Positions 11,239 to 21,047 of a stretch of 64,000 nucleotides of DNA are shown one piece after another. The notes beneath the pieces are model-generated. The model searched no databases and had not been told where the DNA came from. It was given only the letters and a program-made list of their open reading frames with translations. The DNA lies in the IMG/VR virus record IMGVR_UViG_3300042541_001760, positions 124,001 through 188,000 of that record; one strand, 5' to 3'. Within the stretch, counting starts at the first letter, position 1, and every line of letters begins with the position of its first letter. Made by a program: the position numbers and the translations under genes.

Positions 11239-12354
11239 TCATTTTTCATATAATGGTTTGTCGTTAAACGTGATAAATTTACCACCTCCTGATACAACAT
11301 AATCCTTATTATCAAATATATAGTATTTGTCACCCTTAGTGTTTATGAAAATGAATCTATCCACGGTAGTTCCGTATTTTTTCATACTATGAGTCGGGAT
11401 TAAATATTTACCATCTTCGGTCATTTTCATATCACCCGTCAAAGGTTTAACCTGATAATACATATTCTCCCCATTTATTCTCAAATCCCTCCCGTTTTTA
11501 GTATCCTCAATTGATCCGGGACAGTATTGGGTTATTCCACCCTCATCAACACTATGTAACGGCATTAGAATCCCCAACGCCATTTGTTCTCTGATATAAC
11601 CTGGTCTTAGTGTGCTTAAATTTAACTCTTCAAGTTTCGGTAAATGGTCTGATTTAGGTGCGAATAACTCACGTTTGTTATTTTCCAACCATTTAAAAAA
11701 ATCTTTGGATTTAAATTTATCTGGAGTAATATCACTTTCATTTAAAAATAGATTAACCAAGTATGTTATTACTTTACTATTTGTGTTGAAGTAATTAAGA
11801 ATAGACCAATCAGACACCAACTTATCATTAGGTCCGTATTTAACCCCCATAAAATTGATTACACCACTATTAGTCTTACAATTATCGTCCTTAACTGACT
11901 CCCCATACATCGGCTCGCCCACATCATTAGTTAAATCACCATATAATGATTTCATTATAGAATTCATTTTGGTCATAAAGAAACTTTTACTCTTAATATC
12001 ACTAACAATTGAACCTACGGTAATGTTTAAATCAAAGTCGGGGTTGTATTTTTTAAAATTATCTACAGTGATAAAAAACGCTTTATTATTTGTTGTTGAT
12101 TTTAAAACAGATTTTCCTTTCACATCCATAGAAGGAAATAGGAATGTTCCTCCTTCACCGACCAATTTAAATTCGGGGGTTGGCGCTTCATCATCCTTAT
12201 ACCACCCAAATATTGGATTATCATCTACTAATTCAATATTATTAAAATAAATTATATCCTCTCTTACATTAATGTCGGAAAATTTATAAGTGCCAGAATC
12301 AAAATCCATGGCCTGTTCCAATATTATATCCCTTACTAAATTAACTAATTTCAT
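11239..12354 (-). CDS. Hypothetical protein with possible PD-(D/E)xK nuclease C-terminal domain
   Basis: E...D.KNGRDL...YYQVK spacing is restriction-endonuclease-like; leader MKLVNLVRDIILEQ. Confidence 0.35.
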   Translation of the reverse strand: MKLVNLVRDIILEQAMDFDSGTYKFSDINVREDIIYFNNIELVDDNPIFGWYKDDEAPTPEFKLVGEGGTFLFPSMDVKGKSVLKSTTNNKAFFITVDNFKKYNPDFDLNITVGSIVSDIKSKSFFMTKMNSIMKSLYGDLTNDVGEPMYGESVKDDNCKTNSGVINFMGVKYGPNDKLVSDWSILNYFNTNSKVITYLVNLFLNESDITPDKFKSKDFFKWLENNKRELFAPKSDHLPKLEELNLSTLRPGYIREQMALGILMPLHSVDEGGITQYCPGSIEDTKNGRDLRINGENMYYQVKPLTGDMKMTEDGKYLIPTHSMKKYGTTVDRFIFINTKGDKYYIFDNKDYVVSGGGKFITFNDKPLYEK

Positions 12355-12393
12355 TTAAATTGTGTTATATAACTATAAATATACAAAAAATTT

Positions 12394-13415
12394 TTATTGT
12401 TCGTCTTCTTCAAAATAGATATCAATTATCTCATTCATAGACAAACCCAATTTATCAATACCACACATCTTCATAAACTCACGATCGGTAAGCCAACCGT
12501 CCTCATCAAACATCAGGTGGTCATCACCATTTATATGTTGTTGATATATATAAACCGCATCCTTATTCATAGTAATTAGATACATGGGACCATGATTATT
12601 TAAAAGATAATTAACTCTGTCAGTTGGAATTATGCCGTCAAAAGAGGATGGAACTTGATACCTATTTGTAATCATTTTAATTTTTCCTGTAAGGTCAAAA
12701 TTAAATTTGTTCCTCAAAAACTCTTTGAACTTAGATTGGTTAACTATATATTTCATTTATAGTAAATATATACTTAAAAGGTAATTTAATCTATTTATAT
12801 ATAAATAACTAACACAATTATGGATTATAGAGATAAACTTGATAGTAGAGTTCTTAGAAGGCTTAACGATGATGATTTGGAGTACGAATTTAATTTCCTA
12901 TTGGATGAAGATATGTCGGGGGTGGGATTCAACCCCTGTGATTATGATTACGTCGGTTATTTTGTTGAGGACGTATGTGAGGAACTAAGGGGTAGTTATC
13001 TTGATAATATTGAAATAAAGACAGACCCCAAGACAAGTGACTTTTTATATTCTTATCTTATTGATAAATTTGGGGATACCCTAGCGGAGATTTATTATAA
13101 GAGGAAATGTTAATTTGGTATGGTTGGATACATACTAAAATCGTAATTAAGTTTCTCGGATAAGTATTCCCTAAATATATCGGATAGGTCTCCGTAACTA
13201 ACACCGAAGAAAGAATGCATCTTAGCAAATAGTTCGTGGCTGACCAATATCCTATCCCTACGTAAAGTAATGTGAATTATGTACTCCTTATCATCACTAC
13301 TAATAACTAGATAATTTTCTTCTCTAAGTAAATCCTTATCAAATCCGCTAGCATCAAAATTGGTGTCCAACCACCTAAACAAAAACCCCTTAAATTTATC
13401 CGTTATTTCATTCAT
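12394..13415. CDS. Three short hypothetical genes (12394-12756 -, 12820-13113 +, 13110-13415 -)
   Basis: ORFs each preceded by TATTTA-type motifs. Confidence 0.6.
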
Positions 13416-13478
13416 AATTTATAAATACTCAGTAAAACAAAAAACCCCACCTTTGTGGGATGGGGTTTAAAATATATA

Positions 13479-14636
13479 TTAATATGTTATTTTTACATCG
13501 GGGAAAGCTTCTTTGGCACATCCAAATAGTAATTTCGCATCTTTACCTAAGTCAACCGCACATTTACCTGTATCCCACATAGATGGCACTTCACCCTTTT
13601 TTGCGGAATTAATAACCGATGTACAAGATTCCGTCATTTTTTTATTGGGGAAATTTTTCTGGTAACAAGCGTTAAATTTTTTAATGGTGTCCGATGGTTT
13701 TCCTTGTGTTTGTTGTTCATTAATCTTACTTTTAACCATCTTTTTATTCTCAAGTATTATTGTCATGTTTCCACCAACAGTACTCACAATTGTAGGTTTA
13801 CCACTTCTTTTTGCTATCATATTTAAATGATTAACAATTTTATACTTTTCCGCCGAGTCGTCAAATAATTGGTCATTTAAGAAATTTTGTAAACTACCCA
13901 TTCTAGCGTCTACCATTGCTCTATTTAAATCTTTAATATCAGAATATGTTTGTAGTTTTAAAATTCCCGCAAGTATATCTTGTTCATCGACATTATCCAC
14001 CAACCAATTATTAACAATTGAACTAGCATCAATTAACTTACCACTAATATTACCAATTTGTACGTCATTAAGACCTTTGGTTGTTATTGGTTCAATAACT
14101 ATTGAACATATTCTTTCCTCGGAATCTGGTTTAACTTTAGCAGGATCATAAAAATCTCTATCAATTTTAGATGGGGTGTATGATTTATTGCTTTGGACTA
14201 ATAGTTTATAAGCAACGTCATCTCTAATACCCAATTCGCTCATTACCTGAAGGTAAAGATTGGTTAAATATGACATTCTCTTCTCAGCAACCCTTTTATT
14301 AGTACCGAAATCACCAGTTGATGATGTACCAACATAAAAAGTCACCAATTGAGGTAAATCAAATTTATTACTATTATGGAATTTTTGTATTGTAGGTATG
14401 GAACTTGTAATACGTTCTTTAATAAATTCTTTAACTTTGTTAGATGTTTCAGGTTTAAATTGATACTGACCTTCACCAAATAAAAACATACCTACACTAG
14501 TATCTCCACCATCGGTAGGTACCGGCTCAGGTTCAGGCATTGGGCTAGCCTCATTAATCTTAGATTTCAATATTCTATTTTCAAGAATCATATTAGATTC
14601 CTGCATGTGTCTTATTTTACTGTAACTTTTTCTCAT
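13479..14636 (-). CDS. Multi-module protein with OmpA-like domain, degenerate annexin-like segment and duplicated leader
   Basis: F.EG...YVGTSSTGDFGTNKRVAEKRM resembles the OmpA C-terminal domain; ILEN..KSKINE occurs twice. Confidence 0.45.
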   Translation of the reverse strand: MRKSYSKIRHMQESNMILENRILKSKINEASPMPEPEPVPTDGGDTSVGMFLFGEGQYQFKPETSNKVKEFIKERITSSIPTIQKFHNSNKFDLPQLVTFYVGTSSTGDFGTNKRVAEKRMSYLTNLYLQVMSELGIRDDVAYKLLVQSNKSYTPSKIDRDFYDPAKVKPDSEERICSIVIEPITTKGLNDVQIGNISGKLIDASSIVNNWLVDNVDEQDILAGILKLQTYSDIKDLNRAMVDARMGSLQNFLNDQLFDDSAEKYKIVNHLNMIAKRSGKPTIVSTVGGNMTIILENKKMVKSKINEQQTQGKPSDTIKKFNACYQKNFPNKKMTESCTSVINSAKKGEVPSMWDTGKCAVDLGKDAKLLFGCAKEAFPDVKITY

Positions 14637-14649
14637 AATATATTAATTA

Positions 14650-15018
14650 TTAAACGTAACTACTATCGTTTGACTTTGATTTATTTTGTGTAAACTCCTC
14701 ACAAAAAGATTGAAAGTATTTATCACCTTCAGGGGTAAATTTGTATCTATAAAAATCTCTAAAATCGTCTTTTACTTTATGTCCTGGACAACTGTACCAA
14801 AATTCATGAACTTCTTCCCCTCCACTAGCTTTAAAGTATATATCAATACCTTTAGGTTCGGTACTATATACCGTAATGTTACTGAACAAGGCTCCTGTCA
14901 CATCATTTAACAATTTTAATTTTTTTCCAGATCCACCTTCATTATTGGATTGTTCACTTAGAACTCTTTTTACTAATCTAACTAGATCGTTTTCTGTTAA
15001 TCTTACAATTTTTCTCAT
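14650..15018 (-). CDS. Leader-bearing hypothetical protein
   Basis: MRKIVRLTENDLVRLVKRVLSEQ. Confidence 0.65.
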   Translation of the reverse strand: MRKIVRLTENDLVRLVKRVLSEQSNNEGGSGKKLKLLNDVTGALFSNITVYSTEPKGIDIYFKASGGEEVHEFWYSCPGHKVKDDFRDFYRYKFTPEGDKYFQSFCEEFTQNKSKSNDSSYV

Positions 15019-15058
15019 AATATATTTTTAATTATAAATACTCAGATTTTCTAAAAAA

Positions 15059-16330
15059 TTATGCAGTTGGGTTGGTGGGTGATGTATTATTTTGTTTTAG
15101 TGCCAATTGATTAATATTTTGCCACATTTGATTTACATCAGTAAAACCTCTTTGGGCCCAACATAAAAATAACCAATAGATATCTACACTAGATTTCTCT
15201 CTAGTAATATATGGTTTTATCATATCTAAAGTTATGTTCTGACCTGGTTTTATCCCTAGAAGCCGTCTAATACCGGTAATATTTGACATTTTTTCAGTTT
15301 CTCTACAAATATATCCAGGGTCATGGGCGTAGTCCTTAATGATTTCATTTTTTCTTGCATCTATAATTGATATATATTTTGGATCCACATTTAATTTTTT
15401 CGCCGCCGCGGTAATTTCTGGTGAATACGTTGTGGTTTTATTGGAAGGGTTATAAAGGAAACTACTTTTGATTTGTTCTTTTGATTTTTTTTCGGAATCA
15501 TTTTTACCAAAAACAGAAGATATTTTCTCTTCAGGATTAAGTGGTTTTATGTCATAAATCATATGTTGAATTTCATGTATCAATATTTCATCAATTTCTT
15601 CTTCGTACGAAGACGAAAAAGAACAATTTACATATATGTTCCCATCAGGTCCATTAACAAATGCTATAGCATCATCGTGATCCGGATGAATACCATTAAT
15701 TTTTATTGTTCTATCATTATAAAAATTTAATTTTATTTTATTAAGTAATTCAAAGTATTTTGGATAGTATAAGGTGACCGCATACGGTTTATCGATATAA
15801 TTTGACAAAAACTTCTTTTTAGTTATTGGATCTGAGAGCCAATCTCTCCACCATTTTATAGCTCCAGGTAATGACTTACTCCAAAGTGATTTACATGATG
15901 CCATATCTGTAGTTGTAACGGAGTATCCATCACCCCCTGATAGTCGGAAACCCTCCATAAAGGTAGTCATACCACCATTATTTTTCCCAAAATTTGCCGT
16001 AGTGAAAACATTTATGTTATGAAGCGTAGCGATTAGAGACTCAACATCTTCCGCATTATCCCTTTCATATTCTTCGTTAATCATCTCAAAAAAATCGGAA
16101 TATCCCGTTTTTTTGTCTTTAAATAATGTTAATAAATATTTGAACTCATTTTGGTTCTTCAATTTTTTTATGGCTGAGAGTACTCCATCCGGATCGGTTC
16201 CCCAACCCTCAACCGCATCAATTATTTCGTTATAAATGGTAATTACAGAACTATTTGATTGGTCTTCCATAATAACCCTTTTAACAATACGAGTTAAATC
16301 AGATTCCGTTAATTTTATAACTTTTTTCAT
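15059..16330 (-). CDS. Putative metallopeptidase with annexin-like repeat and N-terminal leader
   Basis: MKKVIKLTESDL leader; AVEGWGTDPDGVLSAI; ILIHEIQH zincin motif with downstream E. Confidence 0.55.
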   Translation of the reverse strand: MKKVIKLTESDLTRIVKRVIMEDQSNSSVITIYNEIIDAVEGWGTDPDGVLSAIKKLKNQNEFKYLLTLFKDKKTGYSDFFEMINEEYERDNAEDVESLIATLHNINVFTTANFGKNNGGMTTFMEGFRLSGGDGYSVTTTDMASCKSLWSKSLPGAIKWWRDWLSDPITKKKFLSNYIDKPYAVTLYYPKYFELLNKIKLNFYNDRTIKINGIHPDHDDAIAFVNGPDGNIYVNCSFSSSYEEEIDEILIHEIQHMIYDIKPLNPEEKISSVFGKNDSEKKSKEQIKSSFLYNPSNKTTTYSPEITAAAKKLNVDPKYISIIDARKNEIIKDYAHDPGYICRETEKMSNITGIRRLLGIKPGQNITLDMIKPYITREKSSVDIYWLFLCWAQRGFTDVNQMWQNINQLALKQNNTSPTNPTA

Positions 16331-16361
16331 AATATAATTTTAATTATAAATACTAAGGGGG

Positions 16362-17981
16362 TTAAAAATATTGATTCATAAAAAATTCTTTCGCTAATTC
16401 TCTTGCCTTACGTTCAAAATACTTGTTCACTTCGGGGTTATTACCAAGATAACTAAATATTCCACCTTCAAGTTCAATTAGACTATTTCCCGATTCATAA
16501 GAAACATCTTTCTTATTAAGATTAAAAGTATAACAATGATATTGTTCATAATTCTTTCTACCTTTATAATGAGCGGTTATCAATACACAAATACTTTGAC
16601 CGTCTTTTGTGTAGTATATATTACTTGCTCTTTTAATTTCTAATCGTATACCCAACCGATCAATAAATTTTTCAATAGCTCTATCCATATAAATAAATAC
16701 TCAGGATTACTTATTAAGTTCTTCATCCAATATCCTTCTTGATTCATTCACCACCCACATATCCAATTCATTATGTGAATGAAAAAATCTTAACAAAGGC
16801 ATTTCATCTTCAGTTATAAACCATATATCGCTAAGTTTAATTTGGTCGTCTGAATAAACGTTAAAATCCGCCAATGAGGACGTTTCTTCAGGAGTTAGGT
16901 AATATATTGTCTTAGGTTCAAATGATATTAAAATACTATAAACTGTTTTATCCCACTTTTCAACTACCATTATGGAGTGTGAGATATTATAATGTTTGAA
17001 AATTAAGGTTAATAAAGATCCCATATAATTAAATATAATAAAACGGTTATCCCCACTTAACAATCTCCCAACGAATCTCAGGTCGGCTCTTTGTGCCCTT
17101 CTTAACTTGTTTAAGGTCAACTAACGCCTCGGCCCTTGTCTCATATGATTTTGGTGGAGTGTCCATCTCGTCATCCATCCTTCTTCTAAATTCAGAAGAT
17201 GTGGGTATCATACTATAACCATCATCACCTGTATATATAAACATACCATTTCCATTAAGATGTCTAGGGTGAGCAACAATATAATATCGTTCTTCCATTT
17301 CATTAATAACCCTTTCAACAATCCTTGTTAAATCGGATTCCGTTAATCTTATAACTTTTTTCATAATATATAAATACCCAAAATCATACTTTTTTATTTA
17401 ATAAACACAACACCAACATACTTCATGTTAATACCAAGATATTCAAACATTTTTTTAAATTCGGACCTGATTACAGAGATGTGAACACCATCAGAGGTTA
17501 TATTTTTTTCTTCCTTTACTTCAGGTCTATAATATAATGACTCCGGCATTGGTGGTTTAGAGTAAACCTCAATTACGTAATCATAAATTTGATTATTTCT
17601 ATCATACCTAATTTTTACCTCAAATTCAAATGGTTCGGTAATGAAGTTTTTGGTAAGATATCTATTGCCCAACTTATTATAAAGTTTTTCTACCGTTGCG
17701 GATAATTCATTCAGATTCATAACAGATAAATATATTGTAAAATAAAAAACCCCATACAAAGATGGGGAATTTAATTAACCATTCATTTCGGTTAAGAACT
17801 CACTAACGATTTGGTGACACTCATCATCGGTTAAATCTTGATCATAAAAATCAATCTCATCAGGGGTTACGTTCCATTCATCCCAATTGGCCATAATTGT
17901 AAACTCCTTACCTTGTTCGGTCTCACCTTTAAACCAAACCGTCTTTGATTGTAGTTTTCCGTTTTCGTAATCTATATTCAT
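16362..17981 (-). CDS. Run of short hypothetical genes (16362-16688, ~16707-17030, 17047-17364, 17394-17759, 17775-17981)
   Basis: ORF track; 17047-17364 carries the MKKVIRLTESDL leader. Confidence 0.55.
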
Positions 17982-17992
17982 AATTATTATTT

Positions 17993-18388
17993 TTAATAAT
18001 TACCACTAACTGTGGCAATTGTATATGCCCCATATCCTGTATTTGTGGCAACAACAACATTGTTTCTATAAATTTTAACTGTCACATCACCCGAAGAATT
18101 ATTATTCTGAGCGGATACGTACAACCATCTAGTTTGGTTTTCTAGTGGAGTTCCATCCCCATCAACAGTTAATTTTTGAGTCCACGAATAAACCCATCCA
18201 TTACCAACACTAGACCATTGTTGTGTATTATCACTAGTGTTTTGTATTGTCATAGAATAATCACCGCCAGATCCACTAACTTCATACTTATAATTATAGG
18301 TTACTTCTTTTGTTAAATCCTCTTTTGAACAAGAACTTAATACTAAGCACATCATTAGTGCCATCATCGTCATCTTAATTGTTTTCAT
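17993..18388 (-). CDS. Putative lipoprotein
   Basis: Signal peptide with lipobox LSSC followed by a beta-rich domain. Confidence 0.65.
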   Translation of the reverse strand: MKTIKMTMMALMMCLVLSSCSKEDLTKEVTYNYKYEVSGSGGDYSMTIQNTSDNTQQWSSVGNGWVYSWTQKLTVDGDGTPLENQTRWLYVSAQNNNSSGDVTVKIYRNNVVVATNTGYGAYTIATVSGNY

Positions 18389-18390
18389 AA

Positions 18391-18924
18391 TTATTTAATG
18401 AATTTAGATAGTTCAGATTTATTTGAATCAAATTCCTCCTGAGTAATTAAACCAAGTTCAAGTTTATCTTTACATTTCTTTAATTCGGATAAGGCCTCAT
18501 CACTTGTCATACCTAACCCTTTAACTTCACCTGTTTCAATTGCATTCTCTAATAGTATTCTATAACTACCTGACAAAGCGTAAGGACCTTTACAAACTAA
18601 TAAGGCCGAGAAACCGACTCTCCTACTCCCACTATATGTAATACTTTTAATCTCCACAATTTGTCCCATTGCGGTAGCACCAGCATTTGTCATAGGGGTT
18701 AAAACATTATCACCAATAAAGATAAAGGCAAAAGTTTTATTTGATGAGGTAACCCCTATTTTGATTTTATCACCCACTTTATATAGATAACCATCCTTAC
18801 TTTCATACTGTTCAAATTTCCATTGAGATGGTTTTTCTGATAAGTCACTATATTTAAGGGTTTCTTGTCCAAAAGACACAATAGTTGAGTACATCATTAG
18901 TACCATCATCATAAGTTGTTTCAT
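18391..18924 (-). CDS. Secreted protein with C-terminal SHOCT-like domain
   Basis: Signal peptide ending SFGQ; DEALSELKKCKDKLELGLITQEEFD; TAnnTTTG promoter upstream (~18990). Confidence 0.65.
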   Translation of the reverse strand: MKQLMMMVLMMYSTIVSFGQETLKYSDLSEKPSQWKFEQYESKDGYLYKVGDKIKIGVTSSNKTFAFIFIGDNVLTPMTNAGATAMGQIVEIKSITYSGSRRVGFSALLVCKGPYALSGSYRILLENAIETGEVKGLGMTSDEALSELKKCKDKLELGLITQEEFDSNKSELSKFIK

Positions 18925-19189
18925 AAAAATACATTAATATAATTTCCTACTCTAATCGGTTTTCGGATACCCCGTTCTTATAACACAACAAAGATATAAT
19001 AATAATCCCATAAAATCCAAAAATTTTTCAGAAATTTTATTTCGTATATTAGGTCTTAAATTAAAACGGGGGTCAATGTTATGGAACGAAGGTAATTGTC
19101 ACCCTCATTCAGAATACAAAGGCAAATATTACCCTTAATAAAAAACCCCTCTTTATGGGAGGGGATTAGTATTGATGTTATTAAAAACC

Positions 19190-19444
19190 TCAATTTGTAT
19201 CACTTTCATAAGAACTAAATATTCTATCACCGAAATATTTATTATACTCTTTTGGCCTGTAATGTCTTAAAAGATTTAAACCTTCTAAAACGGCCTCAAT
19301 ATTCAGATTATTTAAATCGTGTTTAAAGTCTTCGGCACCCCCAAAATACTCATTAATATTTGAGGAATCAAATTTATCTTCTTTAATGACCCTCTTTACC
19401 AATCTAACAAGATCGGACTCTGTTAATCTTATAACTTTTTTCAT
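19190..19444 (-). CDS. Leader-bearing small protein
   Basis: MKKVIRLTESDLVRLVKRVIKED. Confidence 0.6.
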   Translation of the reverse strand: MKKVIRLTESDLVRLVKRVIKEDKFDSSNINEYFGGAEDFKHDLNNLNIEAVLEGLNLLRHYRPKEYNKYFGDRIFSSYESDTN

Positions 19445-19567
19445 AATATATTTTTAATTATAAATACTCGGATTTTCTAAAAAATTTTCCAGAAAACTTT
19501 TTTTGACACCCTTATTTGTGAGAGGGGATTATCCCCCCTAAAACAGGTCAAAATGTCACTATACGGA

Positions 19568-19591
19568 GGGGGGATACGGGGAGGGGAGGGG
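19568..19591 (+). other. Putative G-quadruplex motif
   Basis: GGGGGG-ATAC-GGGG-A-GGGG-A-GGGG in an intergenic region of an AT-rich genome. Confidence 0.65.
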
Positions 19592-19942
19592 TATCACCCC
19601 ATACAGGGGGGTAGTACCACACCCATACCACCCCCTCATTACTGTTTTACCCCTCCCACCATAATATGATTCATCTAATGTGACCTATTAAAGTTCTGAC
19701 ATAACCTAATTAAGTTATCAACTGACGATGTGACATTGTTAATAACTATCGCTTGTATATGTGGGGGAAAAGAATTATCTTTGTAGTGTGATAATGATTA
19801 AGTTCAGTCAAGGGTTGGGGACGTTGATGTTCGCTGGAGCGTATACTCCGTTACGTACTAACGTAAGTAACGTCGGTAGATGTTACGCTCCAACCTGCTT
19901 TATTATATATAATAAATCCCCATCGTTTATTATGTACGGATG

Positions 19943-19974
19943 TTTGGCAGTGTCAGATATTAATTGTATCTTTG
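19943..19974 (+). promoter_or_regulatory. Bacteroidota-type promoter driving a tRNA-like RNA
   Basis: TTTG-N20-TATCTTTG ending 7 nt before the tRNA-like 5' end. Confidence 0.7.
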
Positions 19975-19981
19975 TGGTGTT

Positions 19982-20050
19982 AGTTAGGTGGTGTAATTGG
20001 TAACACGGGAACTTATAGGCCAATCACAGGTTCGAGTCCTGTTCTGACTA
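19982..20050 (+). ncRNA. tRNA-like RNA with shortened, non-pairing anticodon region
   Basis: Acceptor AGTTAGG/TCTGACT plus A; D arm GTGT-AATTGGTA-ACAC; T arm ACAGG-TTCGAGT-CCTGT; only 19 nt between D and T arms, no anticodon stem; no encoded CCA. Confidence 0.7.
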
Positions 20051-20146
20051 CATCTGTATAACAGATTGGTGGAGCGACCTTTACGGTCCCAACTATTTGT
20101 GGGGGTTAAATTCCCCCACATTTAGTTTGTATATGTCAATATCTTT

Positions 20147-20563
20147 TTGTATATTAGCAATATGAAAGACGGACACATACTTCAGAGAGACATACACGTT
20201 AAGGCAATGAATAAACTTCTCCCCAAGTTTACCGTTGAACATAGCAGGATGTATAATATGGGTGAGACCGTTGTATCCTGTAAGATTAAGGTTAAGAGGG
20301 TTCGTAAGTATCACTATAACTATCTTCTTAATCCCCCTGATAAGATAAAGGCCATATACGAACTTGATGTTATTATTAGTGATGTTGTATTTAATGATGT
20401 CACAGGTCGTACTCGTGACCCCAAGTTATTCATTATTAATAACAAGAGATCCTTTAATAGGGGGTTGAAATGGTTTGGTGTGGAAAAGATTGAGAAGTAT
20501 ATTAATATGATTGACTCTGACCCTATGTCAATTAGAATATCAAAAATTGAATATAACCTCTAA
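20147..20563 (+). CDS. Hypothetical protein
   Basis: ORF, probable start at Met 20162. Confidence 0.5.
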   Translation: MYISNMKDGHILQRDIHVKAMNKLLPKFTVEHSRMYNMGETVVSCKIKVKRVRKYHYNYLLNPPDKIKAIYELDVIISDVVFNDVTGRTRDPKLFIINNKRSFNRGLKWFGVEKIEKYINMIDSDPMSIRISKIEYNL

Positions 20564-20732
20564 TTAATTATCATATTGATAATTGAACCTATTACCTTTT
20601 GATTATTATTCGTAATTATTCCCCACTTTTATTATCAATATGATAATATGGGGAATAATATAGGTAAAATATGGGGACTTTTTACATTATAAATAATTAA
20701 TCCCCCATTTCATTAACACATCTGTAATTAAA

Positions 20733-21047
20733 CTACGTGGTTTGATTATCATAATGATAATTTTCCACCATCTTCTTTGAGTGATCCATAATTGCCACCC
20801 TGACATCATTGTAATCTTCCTCTGACAGTGGGGACATATCGTTGAAGTATGATATAATGTCAGTCATATCCGATGACAATAATATAAAGAACTCCTGTCT
20901 AATTGGTTTATTCACCCCAATCATCTTGGTCATCTCATAATGTACCTGTCCTTTTAGTCCATTAACTTCATAATTGGTGGTAAAAAGTGGGAACTCACTT
21001 TCAGTGTTAATAAATACGTGATTTAAGTGTTCGTAAAATTTATTCAT
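20733..21047 (-). CDS. Hypothetical protein
   Basis: ORF 104 aa. Confidence 0.5.
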   Translation of the reverse strand: MNKFYEHLNHVFINTESEFPLFTTNYEVNGLKGQVHYEMTKMIGVNKPIRQEFFILLSSDMTDIISYFNDMSPLSEEDYNDVRVAIMDHSKKMVENYHYDNQTT

